Positions 18,796 to 26,909 of a stretch of 64,000 nt of DNA are shown in pieces. The DNA lies in the NCBI GenBank assembly GCA_050953065.1, contig JBMNLZ010000003.1, positions 416,001-480,000 on the forward strand, read 5' to 3'. The stretch's first letter is position 1; each line of letters starts with the position of its first letter. The notes under the pieces were generated by a model. The model did no database searches. It saw only the letters and a program-made list of their open reading frames with translations, and was not told where the DNA came from. The translations under genes were made by a program, and so were the position numbers. This DNA is from Bacilli bacterium. GTDB taxonomy: Bacteria > Bacillota_I > Bacilli_A > ML615J-28 > CAG-698.

Positions 18796-19561
18796 ATAAA
18801 TTTTCTATTTCTATTTTTACTTTTTCTAAATCTTTTAAATTTTTAATAACTAACTTCTTAGTTTTATTTTTTAAAATTAAATGTAAAGTAATCTCTTCTT
18901 CTAATACTACATATAAAAAATTTCTAATTTTTCTATAACTTAAAAAATTATTAAAACCAACTTCAGTTACCTCATCTCCTAAAGAAAGTAAGAATTCACT
19001 TAAATTTTCAAGTAAAACTTTTTTATCAGGAGTTATATTATCAAGTTTTAAAAGAGTTCTATTAACAGCTTTACTTTGATAGACCTTTTCAAAAACAAAT
19101 AACCCTTTATTAAAAGAAGCATATTTGATTAAATCTATTTCATATTGAGTTTCTTTAATAGCTAAACTATCATATTTACAATAATCCTCACCTATACAAA
19201 TAAGTCTTGGATAATATACTAATTGATCAGCTATCTCTTTTCCAATATGTTCTGTTACTAGAAGTTTTGTTTTAGAATAGTTTTGTTTGATATAGTCTAA
19301 GAAAACCCAAGCTTTTTTTATCACACTTGATGTTCTACTATCTCTAAATTCAATTATTACTAAACGATAATCCTCATCATATCCTAAAAACTCTAAGATA
19401 TCTTCTTTATCTTTTGTAAGATTGATGTTTGTTGCAATTTTAGTAACACCTAAAATTTCAAAAGAGTTTTCAAAAATCACATCTTGAATACTTTGTTTAG
19501 CAATAAAATCTTTTGGAAGAATCTGTTTGTTTTTATTATTAAAAATTCTAATATCACTCAT
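18782..19561 (-). CDS. NucS/DUF91-like PD-(D/E)xK-fold protein with a DUF5655-like C-domain (divergent)
   Basis: MSDIRIF start with GAGGG RBS; LG.DE..RLVIIEF, PRLICIG.DY.KYD, LSLGDEV motifs. Confidence 0.6.
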   Translation of the reverse strand: MSDIRIFNNKNKQILPKDFIAKQSIQDVIFENSFEILGVTKIATNINLTKDKEDILEFLGYDEDYRLVIIEFRDSRTSSVIKKAWVFLDYIKQNYSKTKLLVTEHIGKEIADQLVYYPRLICIGEDYCKYDSLAIKETQYEIDLIKYASFNKGLFVFEKVYQSKAVNRTLLKLDNITPDKKVLLENLSEFLLSLGDEVTEVGFNNFLSYRKIRNFLYVVLEEEITLHLILKNKTKKLVIKNLKDLEKVKIEIENLYGEI

Positions 19562-19672
19562 AATTTTCCCTCTAAATTTAATTATATCATTAAAATATAA
19601 ATTTATAAAGTTATTTGATTCAAATTTATTCAAAATAAAATTTTAAAAAAATAAAAGGAGAAGTTTCTCCTT

Positions 19673-20173
19673 TTATATTCTTGAAAGTTTTATTCTGTTT
19701 TTTAAAATTATTTCTTTTATTTCGTTAATTTCTTTTTCATTCATTTTAGTTTTATTACAAATTAAAGCTGAGTTTTTTGAAATATAAAAATAAAAGTATT
19801 TCTTCTTGTTCACTACAAACCAAATTTGATTCCAGTTATATGTTTGAGAATATTTATCAACTTCTCTTCTAATAGATTCTTTTGAAAAGATCAATTTTTG
19901 AGGTGGAGTTTGTAGGCTTTTTCCTTTGATTATTTTTCTGACTACTCTTCTAATTGATAAGGGCCAATAAATTCCCCAAAAAAGTCCTACCACCCATAAA
20001 AAGAAAGCAAACATTTGAATATTCCAAACAAAGAAAAATAATATTCCAGATACAAAAAATACCAAAACAAATGCTAGATAAATATATATATTTTTTTGTC
20101 TTGTAAAAAGATGATAATTAAAGAAATCCTTTATTTCTTGATCTGTATTGTTAAAGATGGTTGTAACTGCCAT
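19673..20173 (-). CDS. YcxB family membrane protein
   Basis: Two TM helices followed by YNWNQI...KKYFYFY...SALI. Confidence 0.7.
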   Translation of the reverse strand: MAVTTIFNNTDQEIKDFFNYHLFTRQKNIYIYLAFVLVFFVSGILFFFVWNIQMFAFFLWVVGLFWGIYWPLSIRRVVRKIIKGKSLQTPPQKLIFSKESIRREVDKYSQTYNWNQIWFVVNKKKYFYFYISKNSALICNKTKMNEKEINEIKEIILKNRIKLSRI

Positions 20174-21234
20174 TATTTACTTGCTTTAGTTGTTGAAGTT
20201 TTCTTTGCAGTTGTAGTTGTTTTTTTCGCAGCTGGTTTTTTAGCAGCTGTTGATGTTGTTTTCTTCGCAGTTGTAGTTTTTTTAGCTGTTGATGTTGTCT
20301 TTTTAGTTGTTGAAGTTTTCTTTGCAGTTGTAGTTTTTTTAGCTGTTGAAGTTTTCTTTGCAGTTGTAGTTGTTTTTTTCGCAGCTGGTTTTTTAGCAGC
20401 TGTTGAAGTAGTTTTCTTAACAACTGGCGCAGCTTCTACTTTTACTTCTTCACTAACTGCTTCTGCAGTTGCACTTTCTGCAACTTCTGCTTCTGGAATA
20501 ACTGCCTCTTCAATTACTGGTTCTTCAATAACAGCTGCAGGAATTTCTACTTCTTCAATTACAGCTTCTTCAGTGTTACTTTCTGTAGATTTAGCTTCTT
20601 CAGCAACAATTGGTTCTGCTACTACTTCTTTATATTCTAAATCAGTTCTTCCTTTAAGTACAAAATTATCAAATCTTTTATAAGGTTTAGCAATTGAATT
20701 TTCTTTGATTATTATATCAAGTTCTTCTTTCGTTCCTTCAATTATCATTTCTTCTCTTCTATCAATAACGATAGGACGTTTACCTGACATTAAAAAATAA
20801 TATTCAGGAATTTCATTAACTGAAGTAATATAGGCCCATGGATATTTAGTTAATGGTTCTTCATCTTGTTTTTCTGCATCAAAAATTCTTATTTCATCAG
20901 CATCAAGTTCTACTATAAATTCAATAGGTTTTCTTTTCCCTAACATTCTAATTAATTGTGTGTCTAATCTTTTTTCAATATTAAAAATTTGCCAGATTAA
21001 ATAAATTACTATTAATAAGAAAACTACTGGAAATAAGAAACTAGGTTTCTCAGCATTTGTTGTTAAACTAACATAAAGATTATTTGGCATAATGAAAGTT
21101 GTATACACCAAACCACCTAATGCAAAAATCGCCAACACTAGATACCAAATGTGGATCTTTTTGTTGTACTTTAAAGTTAAATAATTGAAATACTTAAAAG
21201 TTCTAAAGTCATATTTTGTTTTTAATTTTATCAT
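20173..21234 (-). CDS. YcxB family membrane protein with acidic linker and Lys/Thr/Ala-rich C-terminal tail
   Basis: Two TM helices, YPWAYI..V.E..YYFL; EEAVIEE repeats followed by (T)TAKK repeats. Confidence 0.75.
   Translation of the reverse strand: MIKLKTKYDFRTFKYFNYLTLKYNKKIHIWYLVLAIFALGGLVYTTFIMPNNLYVSLTTNAEKPSFLFPVVFLLIVIYLIWQIFNIEKRLDTQLIRMLGKRKPIEFIVELDADEIRIFDAEKQDEEPLTKYPWAYITSVNEIPEYYFLMSGKRPIVIDRREEMIIEGTKEELDIIIKENSIAKPYKRFDNFVLKGRTDLEYKEVVAEPIVAEEAKSTESNTEEAVIEEVEIPAAVIEEPVIEEAVIPEAEVAESATAEAVSEEVKVEAAPVVKKTTSTAAKKPAAKKTTTTAKKTSTAKKTTTAKKTSTTKKTTSTAKKTTTAKKTTSTAAKKPAAKKTTTTAKKTSTTKASK
20186..20420. repeat. Low-complexity 18-21 bp coding repeats, including a 63-bp exact duplication
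   Basis: 20191-20253 is identical to 20344-20406. Confidence 0.85.
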
Positions 21235-21263
21235 TTTTACACCTCCGAAATGAAATCATACAT

Positions 21264-21328
21264 ATTATAACACAAAGTTTTTAAAAAATAAATAATTCTT
21301 TTAACTTTTTATTTTTTTGTGGTATAAT
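21264..21328. promoter_or_regulatory. Divergent extended -10 promoters (ycxB-like operon and dppA)
   Basis: TGTGTTATAAT on minus (21264-21274) and TGTGGTATAAT on plus (21318-21328). Confidence 0.6.
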
Positions 21329-21354
21329 CCTTCTTGTACAAAGGAGATAGAAAT

Positions 21355-22155
21355 ATGAAAATTTTTATTAGCGCCGATATGGAAGGAGTAAATGGCATTA
21401 CTCACTGGAATGAAACTGAAGGAACTATGCCTACATATTATAATCAGTTTCAACAACAAATGAACGCAGAAGTTAAAATGGCTTGTTTGGGAGCAAAAGA
21501 TGCAAAGGCTGAAATTATCTTTGTAAAAGATGCTCATGATACAGCAAGAAATCTAATTGCGAGTCAATTACCTGATGGTATAATTTTACACAGAGGTTGG
21601 AGCGGAGCAATTTGTTCAATGATGGCAGGACTTGATGAAACTTATGATGCAGTTATCTTTATAGGTTATCATAGTGCTTCTAAATCAATAGGAAACACTT
21701 TATCTCACACGATGAGTTCTAGACTTTCACATGTTAAAATTAACGGAGAACTTGCTAGCGAATTTTTAATTAATGCATATTACGCAGCTTATAAAAAAGT
21801 GCCTATCGCTTTTTTAAGCGGCGATAGAGCATTAACTGAGACTGTAAAAGCAATTAATCCAAATATTGAAACAGTCGCAACAAAAGATACTGATCATGGA
21901 GCAACTTTTTCCCCACATCCAGATACAACAAACAAACAAATTCAAGAAACTGTAACAAAAGCTTTAAAGAAAGATTTATCTAAAAATATTCTTTCTTTAC
22001 CTAATTCTTTTACAATTGAAGTTGAATATAGAACTCATGCTGAAGCTTATAGTAAATCATTTTTCCCAAAAGCTAAATTAATTGATAGTAATACTATTCA
22101 ATTTAAAACAAAAGATTACTATGATGCTTTAGTATTTATGAAATTTGTATTATAA
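21355..22155 (+). CDS. dppA: D-aminopeptidase DppA (peptidase M55)
   Basis: MKIFISADMEG, DAH, FIGYH, LSHT, SGD; AAGGAG RBS. Confidence 0.9.
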   Translation: MKIFISADMEGVNGITHWNETEGTMPTYYNQFQQQMNAEVKMACLGAKDAKAEIIFVKDAHDTARNLIASQLPDGIILHRGWSGAICSMMAGLDETYDAVIFIGYHSASKSIGNTLSHTMSSRLSHVKINGELASEFLINAYYAAYKKVPIAFLSGDRALTETVKAINPNIETVATKDTDHGATFSPHPDTTNKQIQETVTKALKKDLSKNILSLPNSFTIEVEYRTHAEAYSKSFFPKAKLIDSNTIQFKTKDYYDALVFMKFVL

Positions 22156-22159
22156 AAAG

Positions 22160-22192
22160 AAAAGAAGAGATTTTAAAAATCTCTTCTTTTTT
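22160..22192. terminator. Bidirectional terminator
   Basis: AAAAGAAGAGATTTT...AAAATCTCTTCTTTT between convergent genes. Confidence 0.75.
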
Positions 22193-22205
22193 AATTACTT
22201 AAATC

Positions 22206-23264
22206 CTATTGCACTGAAGTTGGATCATCTTCAATTGGAGCTTCTTCAGCTGGTTCTTGTGTTGGACCTTCTGGAACTACTTCCTCTGTTTGAGGTGGAG
22301 CAGGTCTGTCATTGTCTTCAATTGGAGCTTCAGTTTCATCATCTTCAATTGGTGCATATGGTGGATTTGGTCTAGGCTTGTTAGCATCATCTCTTGGAGG
22401 AAGACCACATTCTTCTCTAGCTTCTTTAATTCTATCTCTAGTTCTAGTTTCGTATGAACCTGCAATTTCTGTTTTGTGTTCTCTTAAACGTTCTTTAATT
22501 AATGCATAATCTGGTAGTGGTGGCCATTCTTCACCTTCTTCAATTTGTTCTTCAGTTCCAAGAGCTGCTCTATGTGCGTTAACTCTAATTTGACATTCAG
22601 CTTTTAATTCAGCTTTAATTAATGCACGATCGCCTGCAGCACCGCCACCGCCGCCGCCTTCTTCTTCTTCAATTCTTTCATGAGCTCTTTTAATTCTTTT
22701 TATTAAATCCTTTACAGGTAAGTTAGCTGCTTCTTCTACAGTTAGGTCAGCATCATCACTTTCTGATGCTCTTTTAGCAAGTTGGTATTTACCAGGGCTA
22801 ACATTTAATCCTTTAGCATTAGTTTTGATTTGGGCATTAAATTCTTTGTTTTTCACAACAGCTGCTTTAACACGATTACGTGCAAAGTATCCTTCAACTG
22901 TATTACACATATCATCCATTTCTTCATCTTCAACTGCTTCGCCATCTGCATTGGCTACAGTAATCAATACTGCGTTGTCATCAGTGTCTACATCAATAAA
23001 TCCTGTTTCAATAAGTTCGTTAAGGTATGCTTCAATCGCTACATTAACTGGTAAACCAACAAATGTATTACCTTCAATTACAACTTCTGCTTCTTCATTT
23101 AATGCTGCGAAAGTTACAACAATTTTCTTTTCATTAAATAGAAGTTCAACAGAAGGATTAACGTCAATAGCCATATAAGTTAGATCAGATGCTTTTCCTA
23201 ACTTACATCCTACTAATACAAACGCCATTAACAATAAACTAAATAAACCTAAAAATTTTTTCAT
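22206..23264 (-). CDS. Lipoprotein with an RsgI-like extracellular domain and an acidic Pro-rich tail
   Basis: Lipobox VLVGC; YMAIDVNPSVEL...V...ALNEEA; VSPGKY; EAPIEDD repeats. Confidence 0.7.
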   Translation of the reverse strand: MKKFLGLFSLLLMAFVLVGCKLGKASDLTYMAIDVNPSVELLFNEKKIVVTFAALNEEAEVVIEGNTFVGLPVNVAIEAYLNELIETGFIDVDTDDNAVLITVANADGEAVEDEEMDDMCNTVEGYFARNRVKAAVVKNKEFNAQIKTNAKGLNVSPGKYQLAKRASESDDADLTVEEAANLPVKDLIKRIKRAHERIEEEEGGGGGGAAGDRALIKAELKAECQIRVNAHRAALGTEEQIEEGEEWPPLPDYALIKERLREHKTEIAGSYETRTRDRIKEAREECGLPPRDDANKPRPNPPYAPIEDDETEAPIEDNDRPAPPQTEEVVPEGPTQEPAEEAPIEDDPTSVQ

Positions 23265-23343
23265 AAAATAAACCTCCTTGTTTACCTTTCACTATATAAA
23301 CAAAGAGGTGAGTGTTTTTATTGGATTTATTTTAAAAATTTTT

Positions 23344-24573
23344 TTATTTATAAATTTTAAACTTTTTAGTAAGTTTAGCTACCTCTAAACTAACGTCTTC
23401 ATTGTTTCTTAAAACCCTATCAATTAAAGAAGCTAATTCTTTAATTTCTCCTTCTTTAAAGCCACGAGTTGTAACTGAAGCAGTCCCCATTCTAATTCCA
23501 CTTGTATTAACTGCACTTTCCTCATCAAATGGTACTGTATTTTTATTAGTAATGATACCATATTTTTCTAACCTATCTGCTCCTTCTTTACCAGTAATTC
23601 CTAAAGATTTTTTAGTATTAAGAGTTAGCAAATGATTATCAGTACCACCGCTTACAATTACATAGCCTTTAGATATTAATTCTTTAGCTAAAGTTTTACA
23701 GTTGGCTACTACTTGTTTTTGGTAATTAACAAAATCTTTATCTAAAGCTTCTTTAAAAGCTACAGCCTTAGCAGCGATTGTATGAACAAGTGGCCCTCCT
23801 TGAATTCCAGGGAAAATCCCTTTATCGATTAATTTTGCAATCTCTGGATTATTACTCAAGATTAACCCTCCTCTTGGGCCTCTTAAAGTTTTATGAGTTG
23901 TAGTTGTAGCAACATCAGCATATGGGAATGGACTAGGATGAACGCCTGTTGCAACAAGTCCTGCGATATGAGCCATATCAACCATTAGATATGCTTTAAC
24001 TTCATCTGCTATTTCTCTAAACTTTTTAAAATCAATAATTCTAGAATAATTACTTGCTCCTGCAACGATTAATTTAGGTTTGTTTTCTAAAGCTAATTTT
24101 CTAACCTCATCATAATCTATTGTTTCAGTTTCTTTATCAACTCCATATGAGAAAAACTTATAATCAACACCAGAGAAATTAACCTTATGACCATGTGTTA
24201 AATGTCCTCCTTGATCAAGTCTCATTCCTAATACAACATCACCTGTTTTTAAAAGTGCTCTATAAACTGCCATATTAGCTTGAGAACCTGAATGAGGTTG
24301 TACGTTAGCATAAGAGACATTAAATAACTTCTTAACCCTTTCTATTGCTAGAGTTTCAACTCCATCAACAAACTCACATCCACTATAATATCTCTTGCCA
24401 GAATATCCTTCTGCATACTTATTAGTAAAAACAGAGCCATTTGCTTCTAAAACTGCTTCTGTTACATAGTTTTCTGATGCGATTAAATTAATTTGAGCTT
24501 CTTGTCTTGCAATTTCTGATACTGTTAATTCATAAATTTCCTTGTCTTGTTTTTTAAGGTTTTTTAAATTCAT
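23344..24573 (-). CDS. glyA: Serine hydroxymethyltransferase
   Basis: [37 protein letters not shown]. Confidence 0.97.
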   Translation of the reverse strand: MNLKNLKKQDKEIYELTVSEIARQEAQINLIASENYVTEAVLEANGSVFTNKYAEGYSGKRYYSGCEFVDGVETLAIERVKKLFNVSYANVQPHSGSQANMAVYRALLKTGDVVLGMRLDQGGHLTHGHKVNFSGVDYKFFSYGVDKETETIDYDEVRKLALENKPKLIVAGASNYSRIIDFKKFREIADEVKAYLMVDMAHIAGLVATGVHPSPFPYADVATTTTHKTLRGPRGGLILSNNPEIAKLIDKGIFPGIQGGPLVHTIAAKAVAFKEALDKDFVNYQKQVVANCKTLAKELISKGYVIVSGGTDNHLLTLNTKKSLGITGKEGADRLEKYGIITNKNTVPFDEESAVNTSGIRMGTASVTTRGFKEGEIKELASLIDRVLRNNEDVSLEVAKLTKKFKIYK

Positions 24574-24617
24574 ATCTTTTCTCCTTTTTAAAAAATTAAT
24601 TGTAACATCTTAATCCT

Positions 24618-25262
24618 TTAGATGTTACAATTATGATTCTTATTTAATTTGCTTGGGTTATTTAAAAACTCTTTAGCTTTTTCATAATCAGCAGATTTAA
24701 GTTTCCCATAATCATAAGCCAATTTTACTAATGTACTATATTCAGTTAATGGATAATATGGAATGTTTTTCCTAATTAAACGATCTGTTGTATCTTTGAT
24801 TTCATATGAGAAGACAGATACAGCTCCTAGGATATCACAACTGTGTTCTCTTAAGCATTCAACAACATCCATTAATGCAGTTCCTGTACAAACAACATCA
24901 TCAACTACAACAACCTTAGTATTACTTCTTAAAACACCTTCAACTCTATTTCTCATGCCATGATCTTTCTCAGCTGATAAAACATAACCCATCGGTAGAT
25001 TCATAGCCTCGCTTACCATCATCGCAAAAGCAACTCCAGCTATTGCAATCCCAATAATCATTTCAACATCAGGATATTTTTCTTTTATCTTTTTTACTAA
25101 ACAAGTTGTTATTTTTTTTCTTACCTTTGGATAAGATAATAACAATCTATTATCAATATATATAGGTAGGTTATAATTGCAATACGAAATATATGGTTTA
25201 TCAAAACCAAAAAAAACAGTTCTTGTTTCTAATAAAGTTCTAGCAACATCTAGATTGTTCAT
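24618..25262 (-). CDS. pyrE: Orotate phosphoribosyltransferase (divergent)
   Basis: PIYIDNR, KDHG, PRPP-binding VVVVDDVVCTG. Confidence 0.75.
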   Translation of the reverse strand: MNNLDVARTLLETRTVFFGFDKPYISYCNYNLPIYIDNRLLLSYPKVRKKITTCLVKKIKEKYPDVEMIIGIAIAGVAFAMMVSEAMNLPMGYVLSAEKDHGMRNRVEGVLRSNTKVVVVDDVVCTGTALMDVVECLREHSCDILGAVSVFSYEIKDTTDRLIRKNIPYYPLTEYSTLVKLAYDYGKLKSADYEKAKEFLNNPSKLNKNHNCNI

Positions 25263-25369
25263 TTCGTTTCCCCTTTAATTGTTTCTATATACATATTATA
25301 TATAAACCTATTTAAAAAGTCAATTAGACTTTATTTTTATCTCTTTAACACATATAATTTTATACTTAA

Positions 25370-25720
25370 CTAATTATACCATGCTTTCGTTATATATATT
25401 AACATTAAAACAAATGGTACTATAAATATCATTACAAGCCAAAACAGACTTAAAGAAATACCTATTTTACAGCATCTTCTATTTCTAATATAATTTGGGC
25501 CTTTAGGATTATTATAATGGCTTAATCCAATCATCCCAAAAACCAACCCTAATAATCCAAACAATCCAAAAATAATTGATAGGATTGCTAAAAGTGAACT
25601 ATCTATTGGACCAGAAGATTCAGTAGTTGGATTTAAATCTTCTAATTCTCTAGAGCCACAATAAGGACAACTTAGAGCACCGTATAAAATAAGCTCATTA
25701 CAATTCTTACAACGTTTCAT
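25370..25720 (-). CDS. Zinc-ribbon plus DUF4190-like membrane protein
   Basis: CKNC...CPYCG; AILSIIFG...GLVFGMIGL two-TM motif. Confidence 0.65.
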   Translation of the reverse strand: MKRCKNCNELILYGALSCPYCGSRELEDLNPTTESSGPIDSSLLAILSIIFGLFGLLGLVFGMIGLSHYNNPKGPNYIRNRRCCKIGISLSLFWLVMIFIVPFVLMLIYITKAWYN

Positions 25721-25722
25721 TT

Positions 25723-25944
25723 TTATATGTCTTCCTTTATATCAATTTTAGAATCATCAATAAAAATATCAATTAGATTAACAACTTCTTTTAATTCTTT
25801 TGTATGTAATGTTTCATATGAACTATTAAGATATTCAAAAACTGAATATTTATCAAACAAAGCTATAACAGCACTATCAGTCATATTTTTTTGGTTTTTG
25901 TATTCTTCAACACAAAACACCATAAACAATAATTCTTTGTTCAT
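25723..25944 (-). CDS. DUF3791 family small protein
   Basis: FMVFCVEEYK, LFDKYSVFEYL..SYETLHT; AGGAGG RBS. Confidence 0.75.
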   Translation of the reverse strand: MNKELLFMVFCVEEYKNQKNMTDSAVIALFDKYSVFEYLNSSYETLHTKELKEVVNLIDIFIDDSKIDIKEDI

Positions 25945-26122
25945 ATGTTCCTCCTATTTAAAATAATTTTATTTTTCTTAACATTTCTTGTATTACATTA
26001 TAAATCATTTTTTTCTAAAATTCTAGTATTAGAAAATTATTTTTTCATATTGTTTTCATTTATAATCTATGCTACAATATATATACATAAGAATTATTAA
26101 ATATTTATGTTAAGGACTAATT

Positions 26123-26818
26123 ATGCAAATCAAAGGTTTCCAAAAACTAACATTATTAGATTACCCAGGTAAACTAGGAGCCACCGTATTCACTGGTGGC
26201 TGTAATTTTCGCTGTGGATTCTGCCATAATGGTTCTTTAGTTTTAAATCCTACTAGCATACCTAGCATTTCTTCTGAAGAAGTACTTGAAACACTAAAAC
26301 AAAAAAAGAAAGTTTTAGAAGGAGTTTGTATTACTGGAGGAGAACCACTTCTTCAAAATGATTTAGAAGAATTCTTAATCGCTTTGAAGGAAATGGGTTA
26401 TTTAATAAAACTTGATACAAATGGAAGTTTTCCAAAAAGACTTAAACTTTTGATTGATAATAATTTAGTTGATTATATCGCAATGGATATTAAAAACTCT
26501 TTAGAGAAATATCCACTATCAATTGGTATCAAAAATTTTGATACTAACGTCATTAAAGAAAGTATAGAAATAATAAAAAGTTCTAAGATAGATTATGAAT
26601 TTAGAACGACAACTGTAAAAGAATTACATTCTAAAGAAGACTTTATAGCAATAGGGATTCTTTTACAAGGAGCAAACAAGTTATACTTACAAGCCTATGA
26701 AACTTCACCTGATGTTATAGAAAAAGGCTTACATGCTCACACTAAGGAAGAAATGATTTCCTTTAAAGAAATCTTAAAAACTTATATAAAAGAAGTTTCT
26801 CTAAGAGGAATTGATTAA
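26123..26818 (+). CDS. nrdG: Anaerobic ribonucleotide reductase activating radical-SAM protein
   Basis: GCNFRCGFCHN, ITGGEP, KLDTNGS, EFRTT; upstream of nrdD. Confidence 0.92.
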   Translation: MQIKGFQKLTLLDYPGKLGATVFTGGCNFRCGFCHNGSLVLNPTSIPSISSEEVLETLKQKKKVLEGVCITGGEPLLQNDLEEFLIALKEMGYLIKLDTNGSFPKRLKLLIDNNLVDYIAMDIKNSLEKYPLSIGIKNFDTNVIKESIEIIKSSKIDYEFRTTTVKELHSKEDFIAIGILLQGANKLYLQAYETSPDVIEKGLHAHTKEEMISFKEILKTYIKEVSLRGID

Positions 26819-26909
26819 AAAAAGAAAAGCATATCTTATGTTTTTTTTAAATTTATTTGATATAATTGAATCACTAGATTATTATATAAAATATTAAGGA
26901 GGATTTACT

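Noticed and set aside
20186-20420. Short periodic repeats as a possible CRISPR array
   Set aside because: In-frame coding repeats with no unique spacers and no cas genes.
20096-20683. 195-aa plus-strand hydrophobic ORF and 90-aa Gln/Leu-rich ORF (20151-20423)
   Set aside because: Antisense and alternative-frame products of the low-complexity Lys/Thr/Ala repeat; no RBS.
26070-26090. Possible NrdR box (CTACAATATATATAC) upstream of nrdG
   Set aside because: Only the left half matches and no tandem second box is evident.
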